DNA of 64,000 nt, from NCBI GenBank assembly GCA_029263315.1, contig JAJCXR010000024.1, positions 124,526 through 188,525 of the forward strand, given 5' to 3'. Source of the stretch: Acidobacteriota bacterium. Lineage in GTDB: Bacteria > Acidobacteriota > Thermoanaerobaculia > Multivoradales > J023. Below are positions 9,540 to 19,433 of the stretch, one piece after another. Below the pieces are notes generated by a model. It was not told where the DNA came from, ran no database searches, and was given only the letters and a program-made list of their open reading frames with translations. The first letter of the stretch is position 1, and the number at the start of each line of letters is the position of its first letter. The translations under genes were made by a program, and so were the position numbers.

Positions 9540-11249
9540 TTGACCGCGACGGTCACATGGCTTGCAGCTCCGCTTCCGGAGGGCGTCGAGGCGTTGTGTC
9601 GCCTCGGCTGCTCGACGCATCAAGCGGCCTTGCTGGCCCGGCGGGGCGTTGATCGGGCCGAAGCGCTGCGGGCCTTCCTGGAACCCAGCGTCGAGGACCT
9701 GCACTCTCCTGCCCTGTTGCACGGCATGAAGGAGGCGGTGGATCGCTTGCTGTTGGCCCGCGACGCTGCCCAACGGGTGGCTTTGGTCGGCGACTACGAT
9801 GTCGACGGAGTCAGCGGCACGGCCCTGCTGAGCGCTGTCCTGAAAGCCTGTGGTTTCGAGGTGCGCATGATCTTGCCCCATCGCATGCGCGACGGTTATG
9901 GCTTTCAGCCGGTCCACGTCGAGCGGGCGCAGCAAGAGGGTTGTGCCCTGGTCATCACCATCGACTGTGGCACCACCTCCCATGCCGCCATCGCCGCCGC
10001 CCGGGACGCCGGGCTCGATGTGGTGATCACCGATCATCATCTGCCGGACGGAGAGATGGCCGGCGACATCATCCAGATCAATCCCCAGCAGGACGCCTGT
10101 AGCTATCCCTTCGCCCACCTGTCCGGTGCTGGCTTGGCCTTCAAGCTGGCCCTGGCGGTGGCTGAAGTGTGCGACAAGGAGATCGATGTCCATGCCCTGC
10201 TGCGCATCGCTTGCCTGGGCACCATCGCCGATATGGTGCCGCTGCAGGGGGAGAATCGGGTCATCGCCAAGCTCGGTCTCGAAGCCCTGGCGACGACCCG
10301 CTCGCCGGGTCTCAAAGCCCTGATGCAAGTGGCCCGGGTCCGTCCACCCTTGGCGGCTGACGATATCGGCTTCCGTCTCGGGCCGCGGCTCAATGCCCCC
10401 GGGCGCCTGGCTTCGGCTGAGAAGTCCCTCGAGCTCTTGCTCTGCCGCCATCCCGGACGGGCCCTGCGCCTGGCCACCGACCTCGACCAAACCAATCGCC
10501 AACGGCAAGAAGAGGAGCGGCGGGTGGCTAAGGAGGCGGAAGCCCTGTTTGTCGATCGCCAACCGATGCCGGCCATCCTCGTGGGCTGGAGCCATACTTG
10601 GCATCGCGGGGTGGTGGGCATCGCCGCCGGGCGCTTGGCCCGACGCTTCAACCGCCCCACCGTGCTCTTGGCCGTCGACGGCGAAGCGGCCACCGGCTCG
10701 GGGCGTTCCATCTCCGCCATCCACTTGCATCGGTTCTTGCAGGATTTTGGGTCCCGCTTCGAGCGTTTTGGCGGTCATGCCCAGGCCATCGGCCTGACCG
10801 TGCCCAGCGACGCCTTGGAAGAGCTGCGGCAGGAGTTGGAGCAAGCCGCCGAGCCGTGGCGACCCATGGTTGAAGCTCGGAGCTACAAATATGAAATCGA
10901 ATTGGCGCCCGAGGAGCTGGACGAATCGTTGATCTCACAGCTCTGGTGCCTGGCACCCCATGGCCAGGGCAATGCCCAACCCTTGCTGAAAATCCGCGGT
11001 CCACTGCGACTTGCAGCGCCAGCCCGGCGGTTCGGCAACGATCACCTTTCAGGCCAAGCGGTCGGTCCCGATGGCGGTAAGATACGTTTCGTAGCTTGGG
11101 GATTCGCCCCTCGCTCGACGGAATTCGATGGGGAGTTCGAATTGCTGGGATTTATCGAACGGGATCGCTATCTCGGGGGCAGCGTGCTGCGCCTCCTGGA
11201 TTGCCGCGCCTATGAGAGCTCCCGTGGTTCGACGGCGGGGGAGGCCTGA
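9540..11249 (+). CDS. recJ: ssDNA-specific exonuclease RecJ
   Basis: GDYDVDG, ITIDCG, TDHH, GTIADMVPL, GSGRS, FGGHAQA (DHH/DHHA1 motifs). Confidence 0.95.
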   Translation: MTATVTWLAAPLPEGVEALCRLGCSTHQAALLARRGVDRAEALRAFLEPSVEDLHSPALLHGMKEAVDRLLLARDAAQRVALVGDYDVDGVSGTALLSAVLKACGFEVRMILPHRMRDGYGFQPVHVERAQQEGCALVITIDCGTTSHAAIAAARDAGLDVVITDHHLPDGEMAGDIIQINPQQDACSYPFAHLSGAGLAFKLALAVAEVCDKEIDVHALLRIACLGTIADMVPLQGENRVIAKLGLEALATTRSPGLKALMQVARVRPPLAADDIGFRLGPRLNAPGRLASAEKSLELLLCRHPGRALRLATDLDQTNRQRQEEERRVAKEAEALFVDRQPMPAILVGWSHTWHRGVVGIAAGRLARRFNRPTVLLAVDGEAATGSGRSISAIHLHRFLQDFGSRFERFGGHAQAIGLTVPSDALEELRQELEQAAEPWRPMVEARSYKYEIELAPEELDESLISQLWCLAPHGQGNAQPLLKIRGPLRLAAPARRFGNDHLSGQAVGPDGGKIRFVAWGFAPRSTEFDGEFELLGFIERDRYLGGSVLRLLDCRAYESSRGSTAGEA

Positions 11250-11250
11250 G

Positions 11251-13260
11251 ATGGCCCAACTCGTGCGGGCCAAGAGCCCGGTGCGTTGGTTGCGCCGCAT
11301 CCTGTTGCTGGTTGGATTTGTCTCCCTGGCGGCGCTGGTGGTCATGTTGGCGGCCTATCAATTCGGCCGCATGGATCTTCCGGAGGCCCTCGACAGCGAA
11401 CGCCAACGTCCCGAGCTGGCCAGCGATCAGCGCACCTTGACCTCCGGCCAGGGCTTTGATTATGTGCAGTGGAGCCAAGGGCGCAAAGTGTTCAGGATTC
11501 GTGCCGAGCGCAGTCAGCAGGACCGCGACGAGACGGCCCGTCTGGAGAGCGTGACACTGGATATTTTCCGCAGCGCCGAGGGCGAGGTTTACACCATCAC
11601 CAGTCGCCAAGCGCGGGTCAACCAGAGCACTTGGGCCGCCGAGCTGGAGGGCGACGTGGTGATCCGTGGCTGGGACAATCTGGTGCTCGAGGCACGGGCC
11701 ATCGAGTTGCTGGAGGGAGGGCAGCTGTTACAGAGCCGTGGCGCGGTGGAGTTTCGCTACCCACCGGAGATCGTCGGTCGGGCTTCCCAACTGCGTCTCG
11801 ATCGCAAGGAAGATTTGATCACCCTGAGCGGTGGTGTCCATGTCAAGACGGTGCCGGAGGCAGCGGTAGCCATGCGCCTGGACTGCGAGCGCTTGGTCTA
11901 TCGACAGGAAGAGGGCTTGGTGCGGGCCATGGACGATGTCCTGCTGCGACGGGGCCAGCAGGAAATCCGCGGCCGCGTGTTGACCATGTTCATGACTCCG
12001 GAAAAGGAGCTACAGAGTTTGCGGGCCCGTTTCGATGTCAAGGGCTTGATGCATACCCTGAGCGATCTCGGCCTGCCCGGGGAAGTGGGCTTCAGCGGCC
12101 AGTTGCTCGACATCACACCCCAGGAAGGGCACCGGGATGCGTACACCATTCGCCTCGAAGGGGGGCCGGAAGGCGGGCCTTCGATCATCCGCATGGTGGA
12201 CGCCAGCGGCCTCGCACGCCGGATGACCGGACGGGTGTTGGAGAGCCAAACGTCACCGTCTGGCCTCGACTTGGTGGAGGGCACCGGCGACCCGCTGGTG
12301 ATCGACGAATACCTAGACTTTCCGCAGCCCTTCCAGCTGCGCCAGGCCTGTGCCCGCAAGGTGACGGCCCGCTTTCTCGACAACGGCGATCTCGGTTACA
12401 TGGAGCTCGAGCAATCCGTCGAGTTGCGGGATCAGCGGGTGCATCTGAGCGGTGGTGAGCGGGCGTCCCTCGATCTGGTCCAAGGCCAAGTGGAGATCGA
12501 GGGGCGAGGGGTCGAGCTCTACAATGACCGCGGTGACGTGGCGGCGCCCCATATTTCGTATTCCCAAGACAACGGCTACATCCATGCCAAGGGTGGCGTA
12601 CGGGCTCGCCTGGTTCCCGGCACGGCCTTGCGCGACACGCCGTTCTCCAACGGTGAAGGCCCCTTGCACGTCGAGTCCGCCGAGGCGTTCTGGGCCGGAG
12701 AGCCGCCGGCCTTTGCTTTCCGTGGCGCCGTGCGGGCCTGGCGGGAGCAGAACCTGTTGCTCACCGAACAGTTGCGCGGTGACCAGGAGGGACGGCAGAT
12801 GTCGGCCGCCGGGGGGGTCAAAACAAAGTGGATTCCGACTTCGCGCTCCGCCTTCGAGGGGGCCGGCCAACCGGTGGAGGTGGACGCCCAGCAGCTGAGC
12901 TACCGTCAGGACGAGCGCCAGCTTCTCTACAGTGGTGAGGTGACGGTGCACCAGGAGGAGCGCACCATCCGTTGCGACGAGCTGTCGGTCGATCTCAGTG
13001 CCGACGGCAGCGACGCCGAACGCATGACCTGTGAAGGCAATGTAGTTCTCGTCGATCCACCGGCGAATCGTCGGGTGCTCGGCGACCGGGCGGTCTATAC
13101 TGTACAGAAGCAGCAGGTGGAGATCTTCGGCAACAACGTGCGCCTCATCGATGCCGACAACAACAACCTCGAAGGTCGCTACCTGAGCTATGACCTGAAC
13201 GCCGGGACCGTCCACCTGCAGAGTCGGGTCCCCATGACCACTGCCTCTGAGGTACCATGA
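11251..13260 (+). CDS. Extended LptC/LptA (OstA) beta-jellyroll LPS transport protein
   Basis: N-terminal TM anchor, repeated beta-jellyroll motifs, directly upstream of lptB. Confidence 0.8.
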   Translation: MAQLVRAKSPVRWLRRILLLVGFVSLAALVVMLAAYQFGRMDLPEALDSERQRPELASDQRTLTSGQGFDYVQWSQGRKVFRIRAERSQQDRDETARLESVTLDIFRSAEGEVYTITSRQARVNQSTWAAELEGDVVIRGWDNLVLEARAIELLEGGQLLQSRGAVEFRYPPEIVGRASQLRLDRKEDLITLSGGVHVKTVPEAAVAMRLDCERLVYRQEEGLVRAMDDVLLRRGQQEIRGRVLTMFMTPEKELQSLRARFDVKGLMHTLSDLGLPGEVGFSGQLLDITPQEGHRDAYTIRLEGGPEGGPSIIRMVDASGLARRMTGRVLESQTSPSGLDLVEGTGDPLVIDEYLDFPQPFQLRQACARKVTARFLDNGDLGYMELEQSVELRDQRVHLSGGERASLDLVQGQVEIEGRGVELYNDRGDVAAPHISYSQDNGYIHAKGGVRARLVPGTALRDTPFSNGEGPLHVESAEAFWAGEPPAFAFRGAVRAWREQNLLLTEQLRGDQEGRQMSAAGGVKTKWIPTSRSAFEGAGQPVEVDAQQLSYRQDERQLLYSGEVTVHQEERTIRCDELSVDLSADGSDAERMTCEGNVVLVDPPANRRVLGDRAVYTVQKQQVEIFGNNVRLIDADNNNLEGRYLSYDLNAGTVHLQSRVPMTTASEVP

Positions 13261-13985
13261 GCATCAAGAGTCTGTCGACCCAAAATCTGCGCAAGGTGTA
13301 TCGTGGCCGAGCCGTCGTCAACGATGTCTCGATCTCGGTGCAGCAAGGCGAGGTGGTGGGTTTGCTCGGTCCCAACGGGGCCGGCAAGACCACGACCTTC
13401 TACATGGTGGTCGGGCTGACGGCGCCGGACCGCGGGCAGGTGGTGTTCGGAGAGACCGACATCACAGACCTGCCCATGTACTTGCGGGCCAAACGGGGCA
13501 TCAGCTATTTGCCGCAGGAGGCTTCCATCTTTCGTAAGATGACGGTGGAAGGCAACTTGAGGGCTATTTTCGAAACCTTGGATCTGCCCCGTGCCGAGCA
13601 AGCACGGCGTACGGAGCTGCTGCTGCGGGAGTTTGGATTGGTAGCCATTCGCAAGAGCCCAGGGTACGCTCTGTCCGGCGGTGAGAGACGCCGTGTAGAG
13701 ATTGCCCGTGCCTTGGCCATCGACCCTTCCTTTATTCTCCTCGACGAGCCCTTCGCCGGCATTGATCCCATTGCGGTGCTCGATATTCAGTCGATCATCC
13801 GCCATCTGAAGGAAATGGGAATCGGCGTCTTGATCACCGACCACAATGTGCGGGAGACTTTGAAGATCACCGACCGCGCCTATATCATCAACAACGGCGA
13901 GATCTTACGTGCGGGTTCACCGCAAGAGCTCTCTGCCGACGCCCAAGTGCGCAAGATTTACTTGGGTGAAGAGTTCAGTCTTTGA
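13257..13985 (+). CDS. lptB: LPS export ABC transporter ATPase
   Basis: [42 protein letters not shown]. Confidence 0.97.
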   Translation: MSIKSLSTQNLRKVYRGRAVVNDVSISVQQGEVVGLLGPNGAGKTTTFYMVVGLTAPDRGQVVFGETDITDLPMYLRAKRGISYLPQEASIFRKMTVEGNLRAIFETLDLPRAEQARRTELLLREFGLVAIRKSPGYALSGGERRRVEIARALAIDPSFILLDEPFAGIDPIAVLDIQSIIRHLKEMGIGVLITDHNVRETLKITDRAYIINNGEILRAGSPQELSADAQVRKIYLGEEFSL

Positions 13986-13999
13986 TCGAGCCCTAAACG

Positions 14000-15637
14000 A
14001 TGGCCCTGGAGCAGAAACTCAGTCTAAAGCTTGCCCAAAAGCTCGTCATGACGCCCTCTTTGCAGCAGGCGATCAAGCTGCTGCAAATGACCCGCATGGA
14101 GCTCGAAGGTGTCCTCAACCAAGAGATGGTGGAGAATCCACTTCTCGAGGAGAACCTCGAGTCGACCGAAGAGGAGGCTCCGGCGGCGGACGAAGAAACG
14201 CCGGAGACGGACACCCTCTCCGACATCGATCTCGATGCCTATTTCGGCGACTACGCCGAGAGCTGGGAGGGTCAATCCCAAGGCTCCGTCTATGAGGAGC
14301 GGCAGGGTCCACCCCTGGAGAATACTCTCACCCGGTCCGACGATCTCTACGATCATCTGCTCTTCCAACTCCACATGCTCGATCTCGATGCGCGGCAGAA
14401 AGAGCTGACGGAGTTCATCGTCGGCAACCTGGACGCCGACGGCTTCCTGGTCGCCTCCTTCGAGGAGCTCCAACGGGCCGCGGCGTTGAGCAAGCCGTCC
14501 GAGGGCACGGCGATGGATTCGGACAATGGCGCAGAGGCCCCCGACGCAGCATCGGAACCGCTATTCGATGCCGCAGAGATCGACGCCGAAGCTGACCGGG
14601 CCGAAGATTCGGACGCCGGGTCCGAGGATCGGGCCCTCGACGTCGAGGCGAGCCAAGATTTGGCAGAGAGCGAAGCGTCGAGCATGGCGGCGGGCGATGA
14701 AAGATTCAGTCGCCAAGAAGTCGAGGAGGCCTTGAGTCTGGTGCGGGGTCTCGATCCCCCGGGAATCGCCTGTTGGACTCTTCAAGAGAGCCTGCTGCAG
14801 CAGCTGATCGCCAGGGGAGACGACGAAAGCTCGAGGGCCTATCTGCTGGTGCGCGACCGTTGGGACGCCTTCACCCACCGCAAGTTCGAGGCCATCGCCA
14901 AGAGTTTGGGCATCCCCCTACAAGAGTTGCGGCCGGTGGTGGAGGACATCGCCGGTCTCGAGACCCGCCCGGGACGCCCTTTCAACAATGAGCGCACCCA
15001 CTATGTGGAACCCGATGTGCATGTCGTCAAGGTGGGGGGCGAGTACGTCATCCAACTGAACGACAATGGGCTGCCTCGCCTGCGCATTAGCCGGGCCTAC
15101 CGCAAGATGCTGCGGACCATGCGCAGCCAGGGCTCCGAGGCGGAGGCCCAGGCCTATATCAAGGACAAGATGCGCTCCGCCCTGTGGTTGATCAAGAGCC
15201 TCGATCAAAGGCAGCGGACCATTTATAAGGTCGCCGCTTCCATCGTGCAGCAGCAAAAGGATTTCCTAGAACATGGGGTCGACCACCTAAGACCCATGGT
15301 GCTACGGGACGTGGCCGAGGATATCGAGATGCACGAGTCGACGGTCAGCCGGGTAGTATCGAACAAATACATCCACACCCCACGCGGTTTGCTGCCGATG
15401 AAGTTCTTTTTCCACAGCGGTATCGATCGGGAATATGGCGGTGATATCTCTTCCTTGACCGTCAAGGGCAAGATCAAGCAGCTCATCCAGGACGAAGAAC
15501 CGAAAAAGCCCCTATCCGATAGCGAATTGATGCGAATTCTCAACCGTGAGGGTATTCATATCGCCCGGCGAACCGTCGCCAAGTATCGCGACGAGCTGTC
15601 GATTCCATCTTCCACCGACCGCAAACGAATCTTCTGA
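14000..15637 (+). CDS. rpoN: RNA polymerase sigma-54 factor
   Basis: MTPSLQQAIKLLQ, MHESTVSR, RpoN box ARRTVAKYR. Confidence 0.97.
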   Translation: MALEQKLSLKLAQKLVMTPSLQQAIKLLQMTRMELEGVLNQEMVENPLLEENLESTEEEAPAADEETPETDTLSDIDLDAYFGDYAESWEGQSQGSVYEERQGPPLENTLTRSDDLYDHLLFQLHMLDLDARQKELTEFIVGNLDADGFLVASFEELQRAAALSKPSEGTAMDSDNGAEAPDAASEPLFDAAEIDAEADRAEDSDAGSEDRALDVEASQDLAESEASSMAAGDERFSRQEVEEALSLVRGLDPPGIACWTLQESLLQQLIARGDDESSRAYLLVRDRWDAFTHRKFEAIAKSLGIPLQELRPVVEDIAGLETRPGRPFNNERTHYVEPDVHVVKVGGEYVIQLNDNGLPRLRISRAYRKMLRTMRSQGSEAEAQAYIKDKMRSALWLIKSLDQRQRTIYKVAASIVQQQKDFLEHGVDHLRPMVLRDVAEDIEMHESTVSRVVSNKYIHTPRGLLPMKFFFHSGIDREYGGDISSLTVKGKIKQLIQDEEPKKPLSDSELMRILNREGIHIARRTVAKYRDELSIPSSTDRKRIF

Positions 15638-15706
15638 TCGGCGATCTTCTGACCTCCGACCCATCGACAGCGACCTTCCGACCACGAACCTAGAGGAGGA
15701 ACGGCA

Positions 15707-16255
15707 ATGCAGATCGATTTCACCGGCAGACACTTCGAGCTCGACGATGACATCAAAGAGCTGGCCGCCAAGCGATTGCACAAACTGGATAAGTTCGTCG
15801 AAGATCCGGTAGGGGTACAATTAGTATTGGTGGCAGAGAAAAATCGCCAGACCGCGGAGCTCCATGTGAGCCACCGTTTCGGTAGCCTCAAGGCGACGGA
15901 GAGCGCCGACGACATGCGCGATGCGATCTATGCCGCCGCCGACAAGGCGGAGAAGCAGGCCCGGCGTTCGCGCAAGAAGTTCATCGATCAGCGACGGCGT
16001 GGCCAGCGCGGCAGTGGTCCTCACAATTGGCCGCTGGACATCCTCGAAGCGCAGAGTATGAGCTCTGAGGAGGGGCCGAAGGTGGTCAAAACCACCTCGT
16101 TGCCGATCAAACCCATGAGCATCGAGACCGCAGCCTCAGAGCTCGGGAGGTCGAAGAACGATTTTTTCGTATTTCGGGATTCCGACACGGACAAAGTCAG
16201 CGTCATCTACCGCCGCAAGGACGACAACTTCGGCTTGATCGCCCCCGACTTCTAG
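15707..16255 (+). CDS. hpf: Ribosome hibernation promoting factor (long HPF)
   Basis: MQIDFTGRH N-terminus; KPMSIE..FFVFR..VSVIYRRKDDNFGLI C-domain; follows rpoN. Confidence 0.92.
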   Translation: MQIDFTGRHFELDDDIKELAAKRLHKLDKFVEDPVGVQLVLVAEKNRQTAELHVSHRFGSLKATESADDMRDAIYAAADKAEKQARRSRKKFIDQRRRGQRGSGPHNWPLDILEAQSMSSEEGPKVVKTTSLPIKPMSIETAASELGRSKNDFFVFRDSDTDKVSVIYRRKDDNFGLIAPDF

Positions 16256-16279
16256 GTGGCCTAGGCTTTAAGGAATCTG

Positions 16280-16735
16280 ATGGAGCTCGGTAGCCACATT
16301 CGTCCAGAGCTGATCTTCCCAGCTCTGGACGTCAACAGCCAAAAATCGTTGTTACGTGCCGTCGCCAAACGCATGGCGGCGAGTCACCCTGACCTCTCGG
16401 AGGATGAGCTCTATGCCAAGCTCTTGGAGAGGGAAGAGCTGGAATCGACGGCTTTTGGCGAGGGTGTGGCGATTCCCCATTGCAAGGTCGACGGCCTGGA
16501 GGACATCTTGGTGGCGGTTGCGGTGGTCGAGGATGGCATCGACTTCGGCGCCGTCGATGGTGAGCCGGTTCGAGTTTTCTTCTGCATCGTCTCGTCAGCG
16601 CACTCGCCGGTCGCCCACCTCCAATGCCTGGCGACGATTTCTCGCTGGGTCAAGTCACGGTCCCGTGTGCAAGGGCTGCTCGAGCTCGAGACCGCCGATG
16701 AGATCTACGCCTACTTGAACGAGACCGGTGGCTGA
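16280..16735 (+). CDS. ptsN: PTS EIIA (Ntr/fructose-type)
   Basis: LLEREELESTAFGEGVAIPH motif; rpoN operon context. Confidence 0.85.
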   Translation: MELGSHIRPELIFPALDVNSQKSLLRAVAKRMAASHPDLSEDELYAKLLEREELESTAFGEGVAIPHCKVDGLEDILVAVAVVEDGIDFGAVDGEPVRVFFCIVSSAHSPVAHLQCLATISRWVKSRSRVQGLLELETADEIYAYLNETGG

Positions 16736-17706
16736 TGCCGGGTTCCACCAAGGAGCCGGTCAGTGTCGAGGTTACCGAGCTCCTCGGTCCCGAGCTTTCG
16801 GACCTTCGGCTCAAGGTGCTGTGCGCCGAGGATCACCTCGACCGCAGCATTTCCCATCCGCGGGTCCAGAAGCCGGGCCTCGCCTTTGCCGGCTATTACG
16901 CCTACATCAAACCCGGGCGGGTGCAGATCATCGGCGAGAGCGAAACCGCGTACCTCAATACGGTGCCGCAGAAGGAGCGCCGCGTCCGCTTTGAGAAGAT
17001 GGCAGAGATGCCGATCCCGGTCTTTGTGATCACCAAGGGTATCGAGCCGTTTCCCACCTTTCTCCAGCTTTGCCGAGATAACCGCCTGCCGATTCTCAGC
17101 TCGCCGGTGCTGTCGTCAACGGTGATCAAACGCCTCAGCTTCTTCCTCGAAGATCACTTGGTGCCGGTCACCCGGCTGCATGGGGTGCTGATGGAGGTTT
17201 ATGGTTTGGGGGTCCTGTTGATCGGGAAGAGCGGCATGGGAAAGAGTGAGGCGGCCCTCGACTTGATCACCCGAGGGCATAGCCTGGTGGCCGACGACCG
17301 GGTGACCATCCGCCGCTATCCGAGCGGCGATCTCATCGGTTATGGTGAGGAGCCGATCAAACATCACATGGAGCTCCGCGGCCTCGGCATCATCAACGTC
17401 AAAGACCTGTTTGGGCTCGCCGCGGTGCGTCATCGCAAGACGATCGATCTAGTGGTGGAGCTCGAGCCCTGGACGCAGGGCAAAGTCTATGATCGACTTG
17501 GGCTCGACGAGAGTGTATTCAACATCCTCGACAGCCCAGTACCGTACATCCGCATGCCCATCGCCACCGGTCGCAATGTCGCCAGTCTGGTGGAGATCGC
17601 CGCTCGGAACCACTTTCTCAAGCTCCAAGGGCACGATTCAGCCCGTGAGCTGGCACTCAAGCTCGAGGCAGAAATTGAACGCAAACGACGACGCAGCCAA
17701 CACTGA
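16735..17706 (+). CDS. hprK: HPr kinase/phosphorylase
   Basis: LHGVLMEVYGLGVLLIGKSGMGKSE, LVADD, MELRGLGII. Confidence 0.95.
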   Translation: MPGSTKEPVSVEVTELLGPELSDLRLKVLCAEDHLDRSISHPRVQKPGLAFAGYYAYIKPGRVQIIGESETAYLNTVPQKERRVRFEKMAEMPIPVFVITKGIEPFPTFLQLCRDNRLPILSSPVLSSTVIKRLSFFLEDHLVPVTRLHGVLMEVYGLGVLLIGKSGMGKSEAALDLITRGHSLVADDRVTIRRYPSGDLIGYGEEPIKHHMELRGLGIINVKDLFGLAAVRHRKTIDLVVELEPWTQGKVYDRLGLDESVFNILDSPVPYIRMPIATGRNVASLVEIAARNHFLKLQGHDSARELALKLEAEIERKRRRSQH

Positions 17707-18604
17707 TCCGGACCTGCCGGCGGAGCCCGCTGAGGATGATCTTCGGGTCGTTCTGGTCACCGGTCTTTCGGGCTCCGGCAAGAGCACCGCCGCCAACGCC
17801 CTCGAAGATCTGGGTTTCTACTGCGTCGACAATCTGCCGTTGCCCCTGTTGCTCACCCTGCTGGAAGATCCGGCGGGGCAGGTGGGGCCGGAGCACCGTC
17901 GGCTGGCGGTGGTCACCGATGTGCGGGCCGCCCGCTTCGCCGAGCTGGCCCCCCGGCTGTTGGCCGGTCTCGATCGTCAGCGCATGGCCTTGACCATCTT
18001 CTTCCTCGAAGCTTCTGAAGAATGCTTGCAGCGCCGGTTTTCGGCCACCCGGCGCGTCCATCCCCTCGGCCAAGGACAACGTCCGGTGATCGACGGCATT
18101 CGTCGCGAGATCGAGTTGTTGGCCGACCTCCGGGGCATGGCGGATCGCATCTTGGACACTACCGATTGGACGGTGCACGATGTGCGGGGCGAAATCTACC
18201 GTGAGTTTGCCGGCGACGTGGAGACCAAGGCGCAGTTGGTGGTCTCTTTGTCGAGCTTTGGTTTCAAATATGGCGTGCCGGCGGGGAGCGACCTGCTGTT
18301 CGATGTGCGCTTCTTGCCCAATCCCTACTTTGTCCCGCAGTTGCGCGAGCTCAGCGGTCGAGACACCGCCATCCAAGAATACCTGGACGCCGAGCCCGAC
18401 TTCGCCGAGCTCTTGCAACGCCTCGAGGACCTCCTGCTCTACTTGCTGCCCAAGTACCGCGATGAGTATCGTCGCTATGTCACCGTTTCCGTCGGTTGCA
18501 CCGGAGGCCGTCATCGCTCTGTCGCCATTTGCGAGCGCCTCAATGCGTCGCTGCGGCAAAAGGGCTGGACGATTCGCCTAAACCACCGCGATATCGACCG
18601 TTGA
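17675..18604 (+). CDS. rapZ: RNase adapter RapZ (YvcJ/YhbJ)
   Basis: TGLSGSGKS, CVDNLP, SFGFKYG, DVRFLPNP, GCTGGRHRSV; start uncertain (TTG at 17675). Confidence 0.92.
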   Translation: MNANDDAANTDPDLPAEPAEDDLRVVLVTGLSGSGKSTAANALEDLGFYCVDNLPLPLLLTLLEDPAGQVGPEHRRLAVVTDVRAARFAELAPRLLAGLDRQRMALTIFFLEASEECLQRRFSATRRVHPLGQGQRPVIDGIRREIELLADLRGMADRILDTTDWTVHDVRGEIYREFAGDVETKAQLVVSLSSFGFKYGVPAGSDLLFDVRFLPNPYFVPQLRELSGRDTAIQEYLDAEPDFAELLQRLEDLLLYLLPKYRDEYRRYVTVSVGCTGGRHRSVAICERLNASLRQKGWTIRLNHRDIDR

Positions 18605-18727
18605 GCCGGGCGCATTGTTTGCCTTGTCTCGGTGCCGGAGATACTATGGCCCAGGTCGCTAGCGCTGTCGTGAGCAAGGTACCCGCACTCTGCACCGTCA
18701 GTAGATCTCTTGCGAGGACATCCCCCG

Positions 18728-19168
18728 ATGGTCGGTGTTTTGATTGTCACCCATGGCGGTACGGCCACTGAGCTTTTGCTCGCTGCCCGCACCATCATCA
18801 AACGTCAGCTTGAGAATTTCGCAGCCCTATCCTTACCGTGGGACGCCGACCGCTCGACAGCCCGAGACGAGATCGATCAACAGATCGTTCGCTTGGACCA
18901 GGGCGCGGGTGTGCTGGTCTTGACCGATTTGTTGGGCGGTACGCCCACCAACCTGGCGATGGATCTTCGCCAGACGGGCCGAGTCGAGATCGTCTCCGGC
19001 GTCAATCTGCCGATGGTAGTGCGTTTGGGTTGTATCGGACGGCCCGATTCAGATCTCGATGCCTTGGCATCCTGGATCCAGGACAAGGCCCGCCAGGGTA
19101 TCCGCTGCGGATCCGAAATTCCTGGGAGCGCCCGCGCTCCCAATATTTGTGAGGACCCAGATGGTTGA
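18728..19168 (+). CDS. PTS EIIA mannose/fructose-type
   Basis: VGVLIVTHG, VLVLTDLLGGTPTN, SGVNLPM. Confidence 0.9.
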   Translation: MVGVLIVTHGGTATELLLAARTIIKRQLENFAALSLPWDADRSTARDEIDQQIVRLDQGAGVLVLTDLLGGTPTNLAMDLRQTGRVEIVSGVNLPMVVRLGCIGRPDSDLDALASWIQDKARQGIRCGSEIPGSARAPNICEDPDG

Positions 19169-19430
19169 GCGTCACGTGACCATCCCCAACCGATACGGGC
19201 TGCATGCCCGACCCGCGGCCCAGCTCGTTCACCTGGCCAGCAGCTTCGATTGCGATGTCCGGCTGCGGGTGAGCGACGACGTGGTCGACGGCAAAAGTAT
19301 CCTCGGTATCCTCCAACTGGGGGCAGCCCAGGGCACGGATCTCGACGTGGTCTGCGAGGGCACCGACGAAGTGCCGGCGGCTGAGGCTATCAGTGAGCTG
19401 ATCAATAACGGCTTCGGTGAGGATACCTGA
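19161..19430 (+). CDS. ptsH: Phosphocarrier protein HPr
   Basis: GLHARPAA (His15 motif) and DGKSILG (Ser46 motif). Confidence 0.92.
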   Translation: MVERHVTIPNRYGLHARPAAQLVHLASSFDCDVRLRVSDDVVDGKSILGILQLGAAQGTDLDVVCEGTDEVPAAEAISELINNGFGEDT

Positions 19431-19433
19431 GCG

